64,000 nucleotides of DNA from Candidatus Saccharimonadia bacterium. Lineage in GTDB: Bacteria > Patescibacteriota > Saccharimonadia > UBA4664. The notes under the pieces are model-generated. The model made no database searches. It saw only the letters and a list, made by a program, of their open reading frames with translations, and had not been told where the DNA came from. Of this stretch, positions 37,292 to 47,547 are shown piece by piece; the first letter of the stretch is position 1, and each line of letters begins with the position of its first letter. The stretch spans positions 3,602 to 67,601 of the forward strand of contig JBGTMQ010000004.1 of assembly GCA_041743505.1 (NCBI GenBank), given 5' to 3'. Both the position numbers and the translations under genes were made by a program.

Positions 37292-37746
37292 CGAAACTCC
37301 CGGTAATTATATCCCGCCGCGCCTATCAGCCCACGCTGCAGCGCCTGCATATGCTCCTGCTGCTCCAGGGTTTGATGGTCATAACCCAAGACGTGGAGGG
37401 TCCCGTGCAATACCAGCAACGCCACCTCTTCAGCTAGCGTCGAATCGGCAGCTTCAGCTTGGTGGGCCGCTGTTTCCAGGCTCACCATCATCTCGCCCAG
37501 CACGCCGTCAATCGGCTCACCACCGTCTTCTATATAGCTAAATGACAGTACGTCAGTCGCATAATCATTACCGGTATACTCGCGGTTAGCCTCCCGGCTT
37601 CTCGCATCATCCACAAACATCACATCAATGATACCGTCCGGTGCCCCGTCCAAACTACTGACTAAAGCCGAAAACACCCGCTCGGTCGGCTCCAGATCAA
37701 GACCCTCCGGAACTTCGCCAATTATTTCCAGTTCAAAAACAGGCAT
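37279..37746 (-). CDS. ybeY: rRNA maturation endoribonuclease YbeY
   Basis: 155 aa. HGTLHVLGYDH zinc motif. Confidence 0.9.
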   Translation of the reverse strand: MPVFELEIIGEVPEGLDLEPTERVFSALVSSLDGAPDGIIDVMFVDDARSREANREYTGNDYATDVLSFSYIEDGGEPIDGVLGEMMVSLETAAHQAEAADSTLAEEVALLVLHGTLHVLGYDHQTLEQQEHMQALQRGLIGAAGYNYREFRWKE

Positions 37747-38192
37747 CAGGCGCTCAGACGCTCCCGGACCAGCTTGGAAACCGCACCTCCCTCAGCACGA
37801 ACACCCACCCGCTGCATCACCGCACCAACCACAGCACCCATTTGCTTCATGTCACTAGCGCCTTGAGCCGTAATTACCTCGTCAATAATAGCAGCCAGCT
37901 CCACCTCACTCATCGCCTCCGGCAGGTATTCCTGAATAATCTCCAGCTCAGCTTGCTCAACAGCAGCCAGCTCATCCCGTCCAGCCGCAGTGTACTGTTC
38001 AATTGAATCGCGCCGCTGCTTCGCCTCCCGCTGCAACAATTTCAGCTCCTCAGCCTCATCCAGAAGATGGCCCAGCTTTATCTCCTCGTTCTTCATGGCA
38101 GCTTTCAGCAAACGCAGCGTGCCAGTCCGGGCGGTGTCACCGGCCCTCATGCTCGTCTTCATATGTTCGGTCAGCTGTTCGCTAGTACTCAT
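37746..38192 (-). CDS. GatB/YqeY domain protein
   Basis: 148 aa, typical YqeY. Downstream of rpsU as in Firmicutes. Confidence 0.8.
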   Translation of the reverse strand: MSTSEQLTEHMKTSMRAGDTARTGTLRLLKAAMKNEEIKLGHLLDEAEELKLLQREAKQRRDSIEQYTAAGRDELAAVEQAELEIIQEYLPEAMSEVELAAIIDEVITAQGASDMKQMGAVVGAVMQRVGVRAEGGAVSKLVRERLSA

Positions 38193-38323
38193 CAGTTATC
38201 CTGCTTTCTCGCGTTCATTGTAACATTTTTACGCCGGGGTTAGGCTAAAACCAGCAATTGTACCCCACTGACACCAAAAACCCGCCTATGTAGCCGGGCC
38301 TTGGAACTAATATTTTTCAAAAA

Positions 38324-38542
38324 TTAACGGCCGAGATAAGCCTTAGTCTTAGCGGCCTTGCGAGCCGATTTGCGGATAGCGATCTCTCGTTGAGCACGCT
38401 TAGTCAGCGGCTTTTCGAAAAACTTGTTGCGACGCGCAATACCGAGCACACCAGATTGCTGCACTTTTTTATTAAAGCGCCGGATCATATTCTCAAGCGA
38501 CTCTTTGTCGTCTTTGCGGGTAACTTGTAACAAGTAAATCAC
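38324..38542 (-). CDS. rpsU: 30S ribosomal protein S21
   Basis: 72 aa, basic. ..RRNKFFEKPLTKRAQREIA... Confidence 0.85.
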   Translation of the reverse strand: MIYLLQVTRKDDKESLENMIRRFNKKVQQSGVLGIARRNKFFEKPLTKRAQREIAIRKSARKAAKTKAYLGR

Positions 38543-38673
38543 CTCCTTTCAGGTAGACGTTTGGCCGTTTATTAACGAATGACAACCAATATAGATTACC
38601 AGATTTCCTTATAATGAGCAAGGTCATAAAAAGACCCCCGAAGCAACTAAGCTCAAGGGGCCATCGAACTAAT

Positions 38674-39222
38674 TCAAAGTCGGCACTTCCACCAGTAGGC
38701 CGGAATCTGCTCGTCCTGCACCAAGACTGCCACACTACCAGGATAATACCGTTCACAGAAATCTTCCTGGACACGCAGACCACCTACCACTTCGCCCGCA
38801 GGATTCATGCAAACCCAGGAGTCAGCATTATTGGGATCCTGGTATTGAGCAGTGTAGCCGTCGCCGTACCAATTCACACACGCCTGATCCATGCCGACAT
38901 GTTCGTAAATTGGTTCCGGATCACGCGGCGGTGAAACGTCCACTGGTGGTGGCGTCGGCTCACTATGCGCAACCTGCGGCTCAGGCTCGGGTGCTGGCGG
39001 CAGTGATTTCTGCCGTGGCTGCGACCGCTCTGCAATCGCTTGTACTGGAGCCACGGGCTGAAGATCAGCTGGTTGAGGCGCGGGTTGTGCTGGTGGCACA
39101 ACCACATCTGCCCTGGGTTTATCTCCGGGGAGGCAAGGCTCCAACCAAACCTTGACATCGTTGTCGTAGGGACCATGCAGAACAGACATATCACCATGCA
39201 TGACCCCAAAACCACGGGTCAA
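38674..39222 (-). CDS. hypothetical Pro-rich protein with Cys-containing C-terminal domain
   Basis: 182 aa. ATGA overlap with the upstream gene. Confidence 0.45.
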   Translation of the reverse strand: MTRGFGVMHGDMSVLHGPYDNDVKVWLEPCLPGDKPRADVVVPPAQPAPQPADLQPVAPVQAIAERSQPRQKSLPPAPEPEPQVAHSEPTPPPVDVSPPRDPEPIYEHVGMDQACVNWYGDGYTAQYQDPNNADSWVCMNPAGEVVGGLRVQEDFCERYYPGSVAVLVQDEQIPAYWWKCRL

Positions 39223-39731
39223 CGCTGTGGTAACACCTTTGCCAGGGATAGTAAGCCAAGACAGTACTCTCTGAGCACAGTGTCGTAGAGCGTGTCATCT
39301 AAAATGATATTTGTAGCACCAGTGGCCGCAAAAGCGACATTTCTGAGCGTTGTTGAGCTGATGGATGCAAGAATCACATCACTGAGTAGCACAGCGCTAG
39401 CACCACCCGCTACAGCAGCAGCGATAAGAGTGCTATCAGCAAAAATAACGATCTTCGCTACCTTTCGCGTGCCCTCCCGGTTAAGCCGGATTTCCCAGCC
39501 ATTGGGGCCAATATAGTGACGGCCCCAGGCGAAAACCGTAAGTGTACCGTCGTGCTGGACTGGTACTTGGTGGTTCATGATCTGCTTGTAAATGTAAGTG
39601 GAGTCGTAAATCTCAACGGGTGGAGCTTCTGCAGCCGTATTTGCAAGCCCCGATCTACTGCTAATCAGACCAATCACGAGTAACAAAGCCAGAAAAGCTG
39701 CGGCCATGACACCAATTCTGCGGTGACTCAT
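39219..39731 (-). CDS. membrane-anchored hypothetical protein
   Basis: 170 aa with an N-terminal TM helix. Confidence 0.45.
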   Translation of the reverse strand: MSHRRIGVMAAAFLALLLVIGLISSRSGLANTAAEAPPVEIYDSTYIYKQIMNHQVPVQHDGTLTVFAWGRHYIGPNGWEIRLNREGTRKVAKIVIFADSTLIAAAVAGGASAVLLSDVILASISSTTLRNVAFAATGATNIILDDTLYDTVLREYCLGLLSLAKVLPQR

Positions 39732-39823
39732 TGCACCCCCTCAGGTGGAATGGTGGACTGGATGTAAAGAAACCGCCGAAGTATTCTTGGTAAAAAATAT
39801 TTTACATATTCACATTATAGTTG

Positions 39824-40219
39824 TCAAGACTGCGGTCTAGGACGAACAAGATAGGCGGCGTAGGTGGTCGTTAAAGCAAAGGTGAACCACAGCCAGTCAC
39901 TTTGGATATGCCGGGGGCCATATACCAAAATCGAGAGCGCCATACCTAGCAAAGCAACCCCAGCAAAAGAGTAGCCCGCCAGTTTTGGATCCGAGAGACT
40001 TAAGTCACTCGGTTTTGGACGCCTGTATTCGGATACAATATGGTAGATACTTAGTCCAAGGATCAATACAGCATACTCCAAAGGCCCAAAGAAGGTACGC
40101 TCACTAGGATGATCCGCGTACCAGAAAATAATACTAAGCCACAAGAAAATCTCCAGGCGCCAAATCGCCCGGTGGGCTGGGGCAATGTATTGATAAACAG
40201 TTGATAGTGTCTTATGCAT
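39824..40219 (-). CDS. small 4-TM membrane protein, tandem paralog 1
   Basis: Start at Met MHKTLSTVYQYIAPAHRAIWR. It parallels the MVKSLPTIYQYIALAHRAIWR of the neighbouring gene. Confidence 0.55.
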   Translation of the reverse strand: MHKTLSTVYQYIAPAHRAIWRLEIFLWLSIIFWYADHPSERTFFGPLEYAVLILGLSIYHIVSEYRRPKPSDLSLSDPKLAGYSFAGVALLGMALSILVYGPRHIQSDWLWFTFALTTTYAAYLVRPRPQS

Positions 40220-40232
40220 GATAGTTACACAT

Positions 40233-40670
40233 TTATACAGTAGCCACTCGCTCTTGAGAAGACTTAAGTCTATGGGTCCATACAGGCCGTGGACGAACAA
40301 GATAAGTAGCATAGGTAAACGTTAAAGCAACTATGAGCCAAAGCCAGTCACTCCAGATATTATAGGATGCGTGAATAACAACCCACCCAATAGTGGCTAG
40401 CACTGCAAAGCCTGCAAAGCAATACTCCGCCACTTTTGGAACAGAAAGTCCCAGATCATTGGGCTCAGGATGTCGAAGCTCGACAACTGTATGAAAAATA
40501 CTAATTCCGACAACGAATATGTAGGCCACTAAAGAACCGGAAGGGTTACGCTGACCCGGTAGATACGCATACCATAAAACAATAGCAAGCCAGAGAAAAA
40601 TATCCCCTCGCCAAATTGCCCGGTGAGCCAGAGCAATATATTGATAGATGGTAGGCAACGACTTAACCAT
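40233..40670 (-). CDS. small 4-TM membrane protein, tandem paralog 2
   Basis: 145 aa, colinear with paralog 1 (..SDWLW...TYA(A/T)YLVRPRP). Confidence 0.55.
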   Translation of the reverse strand: MVKSLPTIYQYIALAHRAIWRGDIFLWLAIVLWYAYLPGQRNPSGSLVAYIFVVGISIFHTVVELRHPEPNDLGLSVPKVAEYCFAGFAVLATIGWVVIHASYNIWSDWLWLIVALTFTYATYLVRPRPVWTHRLKSSQERVATV

Positions 40671-40739
40671 AATTATGTATTAATACAGGAATTACCGCAT
40701 AAATACAAATTTCCGACCCCGCCAACACAACGACTACCG

Positions 40740-41057
40740 CTACGAAACTTTGTGCTTATACCGTCTGTCACTCATGACATGAAAATGCAGATGATCGACG
40801 TGCATACCATGTATGAGCACTTTATTAGCTTCGACCAATCCTAAGAGTTTAATCACCTCCCGAACTGCCATTATCATCTGTCCGGCTAACTTTTCATCAT
40901 CGAGCGAATCAAGATTCTTGACATGCTGTTTGGGAGTAACCAGCACATGCACCGGCGCAGTAGGATTAATGGTCTTAAACGCAGCCGCTACGTCATTTTG
41001 CCAGATCAGCTTTTCGCCATTACTATTCGCAATCGAACAAAATACGCAATCTTTCAT
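40740..41057 (-). CDS. HIT-family hydrolase
   Basis: 105 aa with the histidine triad HVDHLHFHV. Confidence 0.8.
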   Translation of the reverse strand: MKDCVFCSIANSNGEKLIWQNDVAAAFKTINPTAPVHVLVTPKQHVKNLDSLDDEKLAGQMIMAVREVIKLLGLVEANKVLIHGMHVDHLHFHVMSDRRYKHKVS

Positions 41058-41238
41058 GCCAATAGTATATCAGCATTTAGCCTCATTACGAGCAAGAAAC
41101 GCACTCCAAGGCGCGTAGGTATATGATTACGAGCTTACTTCATTGTGTTAATGTTGTCAATACATATTGACAATGCTTATGCTTATCTTAACGCTTAAGG
41201 TTGACTTTAGCTTGCCAAGAGCACAAAATAACCGATTC

Positions 41239-41907
41239 ATGAAAAAGACCCTGCTTGTCTCAATCGCGCTAATGATGCTGCTCAACCTGGCACAGTTTAT
41301 GTCCAGTTACGACCAGCAAGCTCAAGATGCCTTCGCGCCGGCTTGGGTAACCACCAAGCCGGCCAATGTAACCGGCGCCACCTCGGCCCGGCCCATGGCC
41401 CAATCCACCACCGTGGCCACAACGCTCAGCGATGATAAAGCCTTACCCGCCACACCCGGCGCTACTACGACTTCACCCACTAGCGCCGGCGCCCCCGATC
41501 CCATCGCTCTAGCCCAAACCAGGTTATCCGCCGCCGGCCTCAAGCCAGATTACGCCGCCCTCTACCTCGGGGTCCAAGCCAAAACCGGTACCCCATGGCA
41601 ACTCTTAGCCGCCGTCCACCAGGTGGAAACCGGCCAGCGCGGCGACACGGCCGTCACCTCATATGCCGGCGCCCAAGGCCCCATGCAGTTCATGCCGGCC
41701 ACCTTCCGAGCCTACGGCCTAGATGGTGACGGTGACGGCGCCAAGACCATTACTGACCTCGAGGACGCCATGTACTCGGCCGGCCACTACCTGGCTGCCA
41801 ACGGCGCTAGCAAAGGGGCTTACAATAACGCCCTCTACCACTACAATCATTCAAACGCCTACGTTCAGCAGGTCCTCACCATCGCCCGCCGGGCCGGCCT
41901 GCGCTAA
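41239..41907 (+). CDS. secreted lytic transglycosylase-like protein
   Basis: Signal peptide MKKTLLVSIALMMLLNLAQF. GPMQFMPATFRAYGLDGDGDG resembles the MltB/SLT-family motif. Confidence 0.5.
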   Translation: MKKTLLVSIALMMLLNLAQFMSSYDQQAQDAFAPAWVTTKPANVTGATSARPMAQSTTVATTLSDDKALPATPGATTTSPTSAGAPDPIALAQTRLSAAGLKPDYAALYLGVQAKTGTPWQLLAAVHQVETGQRGDTAVTSYAGAQGPMQFMPATFRAYGLDGDGDGAKTITDLEDAMYSAGHYLAANGASKGAYNNALYHYNHSNAYVQQVLTIARRAGLR

Positions 41908-41913
41908 TCCCGC

Positions 41914-42711
41914 CTAACCCCTCCGCGGCACCTCTTTAGCCATAAACTCCTCTACCTTCTTTACGGTATCCATAAACTGGGCCGGGAAAATAATGGTGGA
42001 GTTCTTCTCCACCGCAATCTCACTCAACACCTGCAAATTGCGCAACTGCAGCGCTATCGGATGAGCCGAAATAATATCCGCCGCCTGCCCCAACTTCTCC
42101 GCACTCTGAAACTCACCGTCCGCCGCAATAATCTTGGCCCGCTTCTCCCGCTCGGCCTCGGCCTGCCGCGCCATCGCCCGCTGCATAGTGTCGGGCAGTT
42201 GAATATCCTTGAGCTCTACCCGACTCAGCTCCACACCCCACTGCTCAATGGTGCTATCAAGTAGTTCCTTGACTAGCGCATTAATCTTATTGGTGTTCGA
42301 CAATACCTCATCCAGTGGATGCTGGCCAACAATATTCCGAACCGTCGTCTGCGCAATCTGATTGATCGCCGACATCACATTATCAATCGCCACCAGTGAC
42401 TTGGTCGGGTCCACTACCTTGTAATACGTCACCGCCGCCACACTAATCGACACGTTGTCCCGCGTAATCACCTGCTGCGGCGGCACCGCCAGCGTAATAA
42501 TGCGCATATTCACCTTGTGCAATTGGTCAATAAACGGAATAATTAGCCGCAAACCAGGGTCCTTCACCCCTATTACGCGCCCAAGCCGGAATACCACGCC
42601 CCGCTCATACTGCTGCACAATGCGCAACCCCATGGCAACCAAAACCAAAACGATTATAAGTATCACAAACTCCACAGCTGCCACTCCCGTTAATTGCGAC
42701 CTATTCTGCAC
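41914..42711 (-). CDS. SPFH/band-7 (HflC/stomatin-like) membrane protein
   Basis: 265 aa. N-terminal TM plus an SPFH domain. Confidence 0.8.
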   Translation of the reverse strand: MQNRSQLTGVAAVEFVILIIVLVLVAMGLRIVQQYERGVVFRLGRVIGVKDPGLRLIIPFIDQLHKVNMRIITLAVPPQQVITRDNVSISVAAVTYYKVVDPTKSLVAIDNVMSAINQIAQTTVRNIVGQHPLDEVLSNTNKINALVKELLDSTIEQWGVELSRVELKDIQLPDTMQRAMARQAEAEREKRAKIIAADGEFQSAEKLGQAADIISAHPIALQLRNLQVLSEIAVEKNSTIIFPAQFMDTVKKVEEFMAKEVPRRG

Positions 42712-42785
42712 TCTACCAAAACGTTTTGCAACCTGTTATATAATCACATGACTAGATACACCCGATCACACGAAAGGTTCCGGTA

Positions 42786-43343
42786 ATGTCTAGCACCGAG
42801 TCAAGTAAATCTCGAGCATGGTACGCCAAGCCCCCCGTGGCCACGCCACTTATCATCGGCGTTCTGGCCACGGTCATTGCCCTCGTCTGTGTTATCGCGG
42901 GGGTAACCTTGAACCACAATGTTCGCCAGTCGTTCCACGCCGTCCCACTCGACCCAGCCCGGTTGAGCCTGGAAGAAGGCACCAGCAGCACAACCAACTT
43001 ACTCGTACCGGTTGACAATGGCAGTTTCTGGGTGCCACTGGAGCTGAGTGGTCCCCCGCTACCAGTCGTTAGCTACTGGGAAAATGACGACACGCAGGCA
43101 GTATCAACCAGTCGCCACAAATCGGGCTGGGGCGTCCTCCTGCTCTGCCTCGGCATCGCCCTTCTCATTGCCGCTAGCATCGCGCTAGCTCTGGCAGCGT
43201 CATTGCTCTACCGGGCCCGTCAGCAAACCAGAGTCGCTCCAAGCCAAACCAGCACCCCACTCAGCCAGAACACCCCACCTGACCCGGACGTTCCTTCCGG
43301 CCAAAGCAACCCCCCCAGCCAGGCCGGCCGGCCCGGCTTGTAA
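42786..43343 (+). CDS. bitopic membrane protein, tandem paralog A
   Basis: 185 aa: TM, LLVPVDNGSFWVPLELSGPP..V.YWENDDT..VST, TM, Pro/Ser-rich tail. Confidence 0.55.
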   Translation: MSSTESSKSRAWYAKPPVATPLIIGVLATVIALVCVIAGVTLNHNVRQSFHAVPLDPARLSLEEGTSSTTNLLVPVDNGSFWVPLELSGPPLPVVSYWENDDTQAVSTSRHKSGWGVLLLCLGIALLIAASIALALAASLLYRARQQTRVAPSQTSTPLSQNTPPDPDVPSGQSNPPSQAGRPGL

Positions 43344-43353
43344 GCCCCTCAGT

Positions 43354-43394
43354 GGCTGGATCCCGCATCATGGGATCCAGCCACCTTTACTTTT
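43354..43394 (+). terminator. intrinsic terminator (duplicated copy 1)
   Basis: GGCTGGATCCC gcatcat GGGATCCAGCC, an 11-bp perfect stem, followed by ACCTTTACTTTT. Confidence 0.7.
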
Positions 43395-43478
43395 CCGCTG
43401 TCAAAACTTGCATAAATTAGTAATATATGCTATAATAAACAAACTAGGCACCACCAGATCTAGGAAAGGTCGCCGGAT

Positions 43479-43913
43479 ATGCCTCGCACCATCATGCCCC
43501 ACTGCCCCAACTGGATGAGAAAACCCACTTCGCTATACCTTGTCGTCGGCGCCCTGGCCATCCTCATGGCCTTCGTCGGTCTCTGGGGATGGGTCAGCAT
43601 AGACAACAGCGTCCCCCAAACCGCCAAGTCCGTCGTACTCGTACCGGCCTTACTGAGCCATGAGGAAGGTAATGACTCGGTCAGCTACCTTCTCGTCCCA
43701 ACCAGCAACGGTGGGACTGCGATGCTGAAACTCAGCGGCCCACCCCGGGAAACTGTGCAGTTCTGGGAGCACAGCGATACCCACGAGGTGTCCACCACTA
43801 AGTTCGTATCGAATTGGGGCAAATTGGTTGGCTTTTTCAGCATTATCATGCTGGTCATGGGCATCCTCTCAGTCTGTCTGCCAGTACTGAGAAGTTACCC
43901 GACCATCTCCTAG
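43479..43913 (+). CDS. bitopic membrane protein, tandem paralog B
   Basis: 144 aa, colinear with paralog A (LLVPTSNGGTAMLKLSGPP..VQFWEHSDT). Confidence 0.55.
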   Translation: MPRTIMPHCPNWMRKPTSLYLVVGALAILMAFVGLWGWVSIDNSVPQTAKSVVLVPALLSHEEGNDSVSYLLVPTSNGGTAMLKLSGPPRETVQFWEHSDTHEVSTTKFVSNWGKLVGFFSIIMLVMGILSVCLPVLRSYPTIS

Positions 43914-43949
43914 CCGAGACCACCTCTTCGGCCGGCCAAGCTCACCAAC

Positions 43950-43992
43950 GGCTGGGTCCCGCGTCATGGGATCCAGCCGTTATTCATTGGTC
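43950..43992 (+). terminator. intrinsic terminator (duplicated copy 2)
   Basis: GGCTGGGTCCC gcgtcat GGGATCCAGCC (one G-U pair), followed by GTTATTCATTGG. Confidence 0.6.
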
Positions 43993-44011
43993 AAATCTTA
44001 CCCTTAACGTG

Positions 44012-45289
44012 CTATGTTATCCCAAAACGCCGGCGCAACTCAGCCACAATCTCACTATCCTTCAAGGTTTCCTGGGCACCGGTAGCCATATCCCGCAGCA
44101 GTACGGTATTTTCCTTAACCTCTTTTTGGCCAATAATTACCGCATACGGCACACCCAGCTTATCAGCCCGGGCCAGCTGAGCCCCAATCCCATCGCGGTC
44201 AACCGCCCCTGTAGCCGACACATTACCATCCAGCAACTGCTCAATCAGACGAAATGCCGCCAACCGGGCCGGCTCGCCCAATGAAGCTACGTAAACCCGC
44301 GATATTCTAGGTTCAGGTGGCGTCACCCCGGCGCGTTCCAACTCCAGAATCACCCGCTCAATCCCGGCGCCAAAGCCTACCGCCGGCGTCGGCTGACCAC
44401 CAAGTTGTTCCACTAGTAAGTCGTAGCGGCCACCACCACCAAGGCTAGCTTGGGCTCCCTCGCGTTCACCATAAAACTCAAACACGGTCCGCGAATAATA
44501 ATCCAAACCGCGCACCAGCAAGTGATTGAGCTCGTAACTAACCCCCATATCGTCCAGATATTCCAATACTCCCGCAAAGTGCGTCTGGCATTCCTCACAC
44601 AAATAATTAAGCGTCTGCGGTGCATCGGCCAAAATAATCTGAGTACTTGGCTCCTTGCTATCTAGTACCCGCAACGGATTCTTGGCCAGCCGCTCCCGGT
44701 CAATTTCGGCCAGCTGCTTCACATTGGCCTCCAGATATTCCACCAACGCCTTTTTGTATTTAGGCCGGCAATTAACGTCGCCAATGCTATTGATCTGCAG
44801 GCTTAAATTTGGCAAACATAGCCGCTTGTACACCCGCTGCAGCAACATAATCAACTGCGCATCCGTACTGGGATTGCCGTCGCCGATAACTTCTGCACCC
44901 ATTTGCTTGTGTTGGCGGTAGCGGCCTTCCTGCGGCCGGTCATAGCGAAACATATCGGCAAAGTAGTACAGTCGGACCGGCTGCGGCAACGAGCCCATAC
45001 CATGCTCGATGTACGAGCGGATCACGTTAGCCGTGCCTTCCGGCCGCAGCACCAACCGCTTGCCCCCACGGTCCTCCAGGACATACATCTCCTTGTCTAC
45101 GACATCGGTACCCTGTCCCACCGACCGGACATACAAGCCCTCATCCTCCAGCAGCGGTGTTTCAATCTGCTGATACCCGGCATCTTGAGCCGCCCGGGCA
45201 AAAGTGTCCATAACGTAATTAAAGATATACCGTCGCTCCGGCAACAGGTCGTACATGCCGCGTACGGTCTGGAACTGCTGTTTCGCCAT
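44012..45289 (-). CDS. hisS: histidine--tRNA ligase
   Basis: 425 aa with class II aaRS motifs and a HisRS anticodon-binding domain. Confidence 0.9.
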   Translation of the reverse strand: MAKQQFQTVRGMYDLLPERRYIFNYVMDTFARAAQDAGYQQIETPLLEDEGLYVRSVGQGTDVVDKEMYVLEDRGGKRLVLRPEGTANVIRSYIEHGMGSLPQPVRLYYFADMFRYDRPQEGRYRQHKQMGAEVIGDGNPSTDAQLIMLLQRVYKRLCLPNLSLQINSIGDVNCRPKYKKALVEYLEANVKQLAEIDRERLAKNPLRVLDSKEPSTQIILADAPQTLNYLCEECQTHFAGVLEYLDDMGVSYELNHLLVRGLDYYSRTVFEFYGEREGAQASLGGGGRYDLLVEQLGGQPTPAVGFGAGIERVILELERAGVTPPEPRISRVYVASLGEPARLAAFRLIEQLLDGNVSATGAVDRDGIGAQLARADKLGVPYAVIIGQKEVKENTVLLRDMATGAQETLKDSEIVAELRRRFGIT

Positions 45290-45363
45290 TATTACTCCTA
45301 TAGCTTGGGCCAGCGTAGCATAGCTTGGCTACCTCCGGCAAATCAGGCTACCAGCGCAACAAG

Positions 45364-47547
45364 CTACAGCCGCCTAACACTGATCATCCCAGGTAATTGC
45401 TCCAACCGCTTCATCACGCCGGCCAACTCAAACAAATCCCGTACCTCAATCGCAAAACTAACCTTTACCTCCTCCACTCGGTCAGCCACCAAGCTCGCCG
45501 GGCCGGTCGCATCACTCCTGATGAAACTAATATTGAGCCCTTCGCGCGCAATAGTCCCGGTAATACTAGAGATCAAACCCACTCGGTTAACAGCCACCAC
45601 CTCCAATCGGCACAACAGCCGCTCAGACGCGTTATCCAAGGTCTCCCAACGGCAGCCCACAAACCGCTCCATATCATTGGGCAAGTTGGAACAACCCAAC
45701 GCATGTACTGTCACACCGGAACCTCGGGTAATATAACCAACCACTGACTGGGGAAAAACAGGCTGGCAACACGGCGCCAGCGTATAGGGCAGCTCTTCAC
45801 CACCTTCCACCAAAATCCGGCCGGTAGCTTCGGTACGCTTCACCACCTGCACCGAAGCTGGCTTGCCCGCGTCCGGAAACAGCCGCCGGATGACCGGCAA
45901 GGTCGCCGTACTCCCCTCACCTATAGCCGCCAGTAGATCATCCAGACTCTTGTAATGCAATGCATCCAGTGCATCTGCCAATTGCCGTGCTGCTACATCC
46001 TCGATCCGGCCGCCGCCCCAAGCCCCAAGATCGGCCTCTAAAGCTAATCGGCCACGAGCAATATTTGCTTCCCGGCTCGCCGCCCGGAACCAACCTCGAA
46101 TCCGGTTCTTGGCCGCCGTTGTCTTCACGAACTTCAACCAGTCACGGTTTGGCGATGGTTCACGCCGCGTCATCAGCTCCACCACATCACGGTTCTCCAG
46201 CCGGTGGTCCAATGTCACCATCCGGCCGTTAACCTTGGCGCCCATCGTCCTAAGGCCCAAACCACTATGCACAGCAAAGGCAAAATCTAATGGCGTAGAC
46301 CCTTCGGGCAAATCATACAAGTCACCCTTGGGGCTAAAAACGAAGATCTGATCATTAAACAACTCTTTTCGAGCACCCTCCAAAAACTCCGAACGGCCTT
46401 CGGTCGCCTGCTGCAAATCCGTCAGCTGGCCGACCCATTTAAGCTTATCCGGCAATCTACCCGCCCCCTGACCCTTGGCATATGCGGCTGATGTCTTGTG
46501 AGCATCATAATAAAAATGCGCCGCCAAGCCGTGTTCAGCTTCCGCATGCATCTGTGGCGTCCGAATCTGAATCTCCGTAATATGACCGTCCCGCGCAAAC
46601 ACAGTCGTGTGCAAGCTCTGATAACCGTTAGGTTTTGGCACGGCAATGTAATCCTTAATACGATAAATCAGCGGTTTGTAATGCTGGTGGATCAACCCTA
46701 GCACGTGATAGCAAGCCGCCTCGTCCGGCACAACAATCCGGATGGCCACCAAATCATATATCTTATCGATATCACCGTTCACTTTTGCGAGCTTTTTATG
46801 GATAGAGTACAAATGCTTCTGCCGCCCCTCTACCTCAGCATCCTCAATGCCGCCTTCTTTCAAAAATTGCCGGATGTCATGCTTCAGCAACGTCAGATAA
46901 TGAGCCGACTTCCGGGTTGTGGCCCGCACCAACTGCACCAACCGGACGTAATCCTCAGGCTGGGCATACTTAAAGCCCAGATCCTCTATTTCAGCTTTCA
47001 CTTGACCCATACCAAGCCGGTCAGCCAGCGGTGCAAACACCCCTAGCGACTCCCTCGCAATCCGCTGGCGCTGCTCAGGCTTCAGATACTCCAACGTGCG
47101 CAAGTTATGCAATCGGTCCGCCAGCTTGATCAAAATAACCTGGTAATCCTGAGCCGTCGCCAATAATAGCTTGCGTAAATTCTCGTTAGAAGCCTCCTGT
47201 CGCGCACTGTCTCCGGCCGGACGGCTCGGCAACGCCGACATACGAATCTTAGTCACCCCATCCACCAACTCAGCCACCTTGTCGCCAAATTGCTCACTCA
47301 GCTCAGTTAAGGTCAATCCAGTATCTTCCACCACGTCATGCAACAACGCCGCCATGACGGCTTCATGCCCCATTCCCCATTCTGCCACTGTCTCAGCCAC
47401 AGCCACGGGATGAATAATGTAAGGCTGGCCGTCCTTCCGTAACTGGCCCTCATGCAATGTTGTAGCCACAGAATATGCCCAGTCAATGGCTTCGTTTTGC
47501 TCTTTGGTAAAACGTTGTTGGCTATATCGAATACTTATTTTATTCAT
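45364..47547 (-). CDS. rel: bifunctional (p)ppGpp synthetase/hydrolase Rel
   Basis: 727 aa with HD hydrolase, synthetase, TGS and ACT domains. Confidence 0.9.
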   Translation of the reverse strand: MNKISIRYSQQRFTKEQNEAIDWAYSVATTLHEGQLRKDGQPYIIHPVAVAETVAEWGMGHEAVMAALLHDVVEDTGLTLTELSEQFGDKVAELVDGVTKIRMSALPSRPAGDSARQEASNENLRKLLLATAQDYQVILIKLADRLHNLRTLEYLKPEQRQRIARESLGVFAPLADRLGMGQVKAEIEDLGFKYAQPEDYVRLVQLVRATTRKSAHYLTLLKHDIRQFLKEGGIEDAEVEGRQKHLYSIHKKLAKVNGDIDKIYDLVAIRIVVPDEAACYHVLGLIHQHYKPLIYRIKDYIAVPKPNGYQSLHTTVFARDGHITEIQIRTPQMHAEAEHGLAAHFYYDAHKTSAAYAKGQGAGRLPDKLKWVGQLTDLQQATEGRSEFLEGARKELFNDQIFVFSPKGDLYDLPEGSTPLDFAFAVHSGLGLRTMGAKVNGRMVTLDHRLENRDVVELMTRREPSPNRDWLKFVKTTAAKNRIRGWFRAASREANIARGRLALEADLGAWGGGRIEDVAARQLADALDALHYKSLDDLLAAIGEGSTATLPVIRRLFPDAGKPASVQVVKRTEATGRILVEGGEELPYTLAPCCQPVFPQSVVGYITRGSGVTVHALGCSNLPNDMERFVGCRWETLDNASERLLCRLEVVAVNRVGLISSITGTIAREGLNISFIRSDATGPASLVADRVEEVKVSFAIEVRDLFELAGVMKRLEQLPGMISVRRL

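Noticed and set aside
44903-45736. 277-aa plus-strand ORF spanning the hisS-rel junction
   Set aside because: Antisense to two strongly supported housekeeping genes and crosses their intergenic region. A GC-rich artefact.
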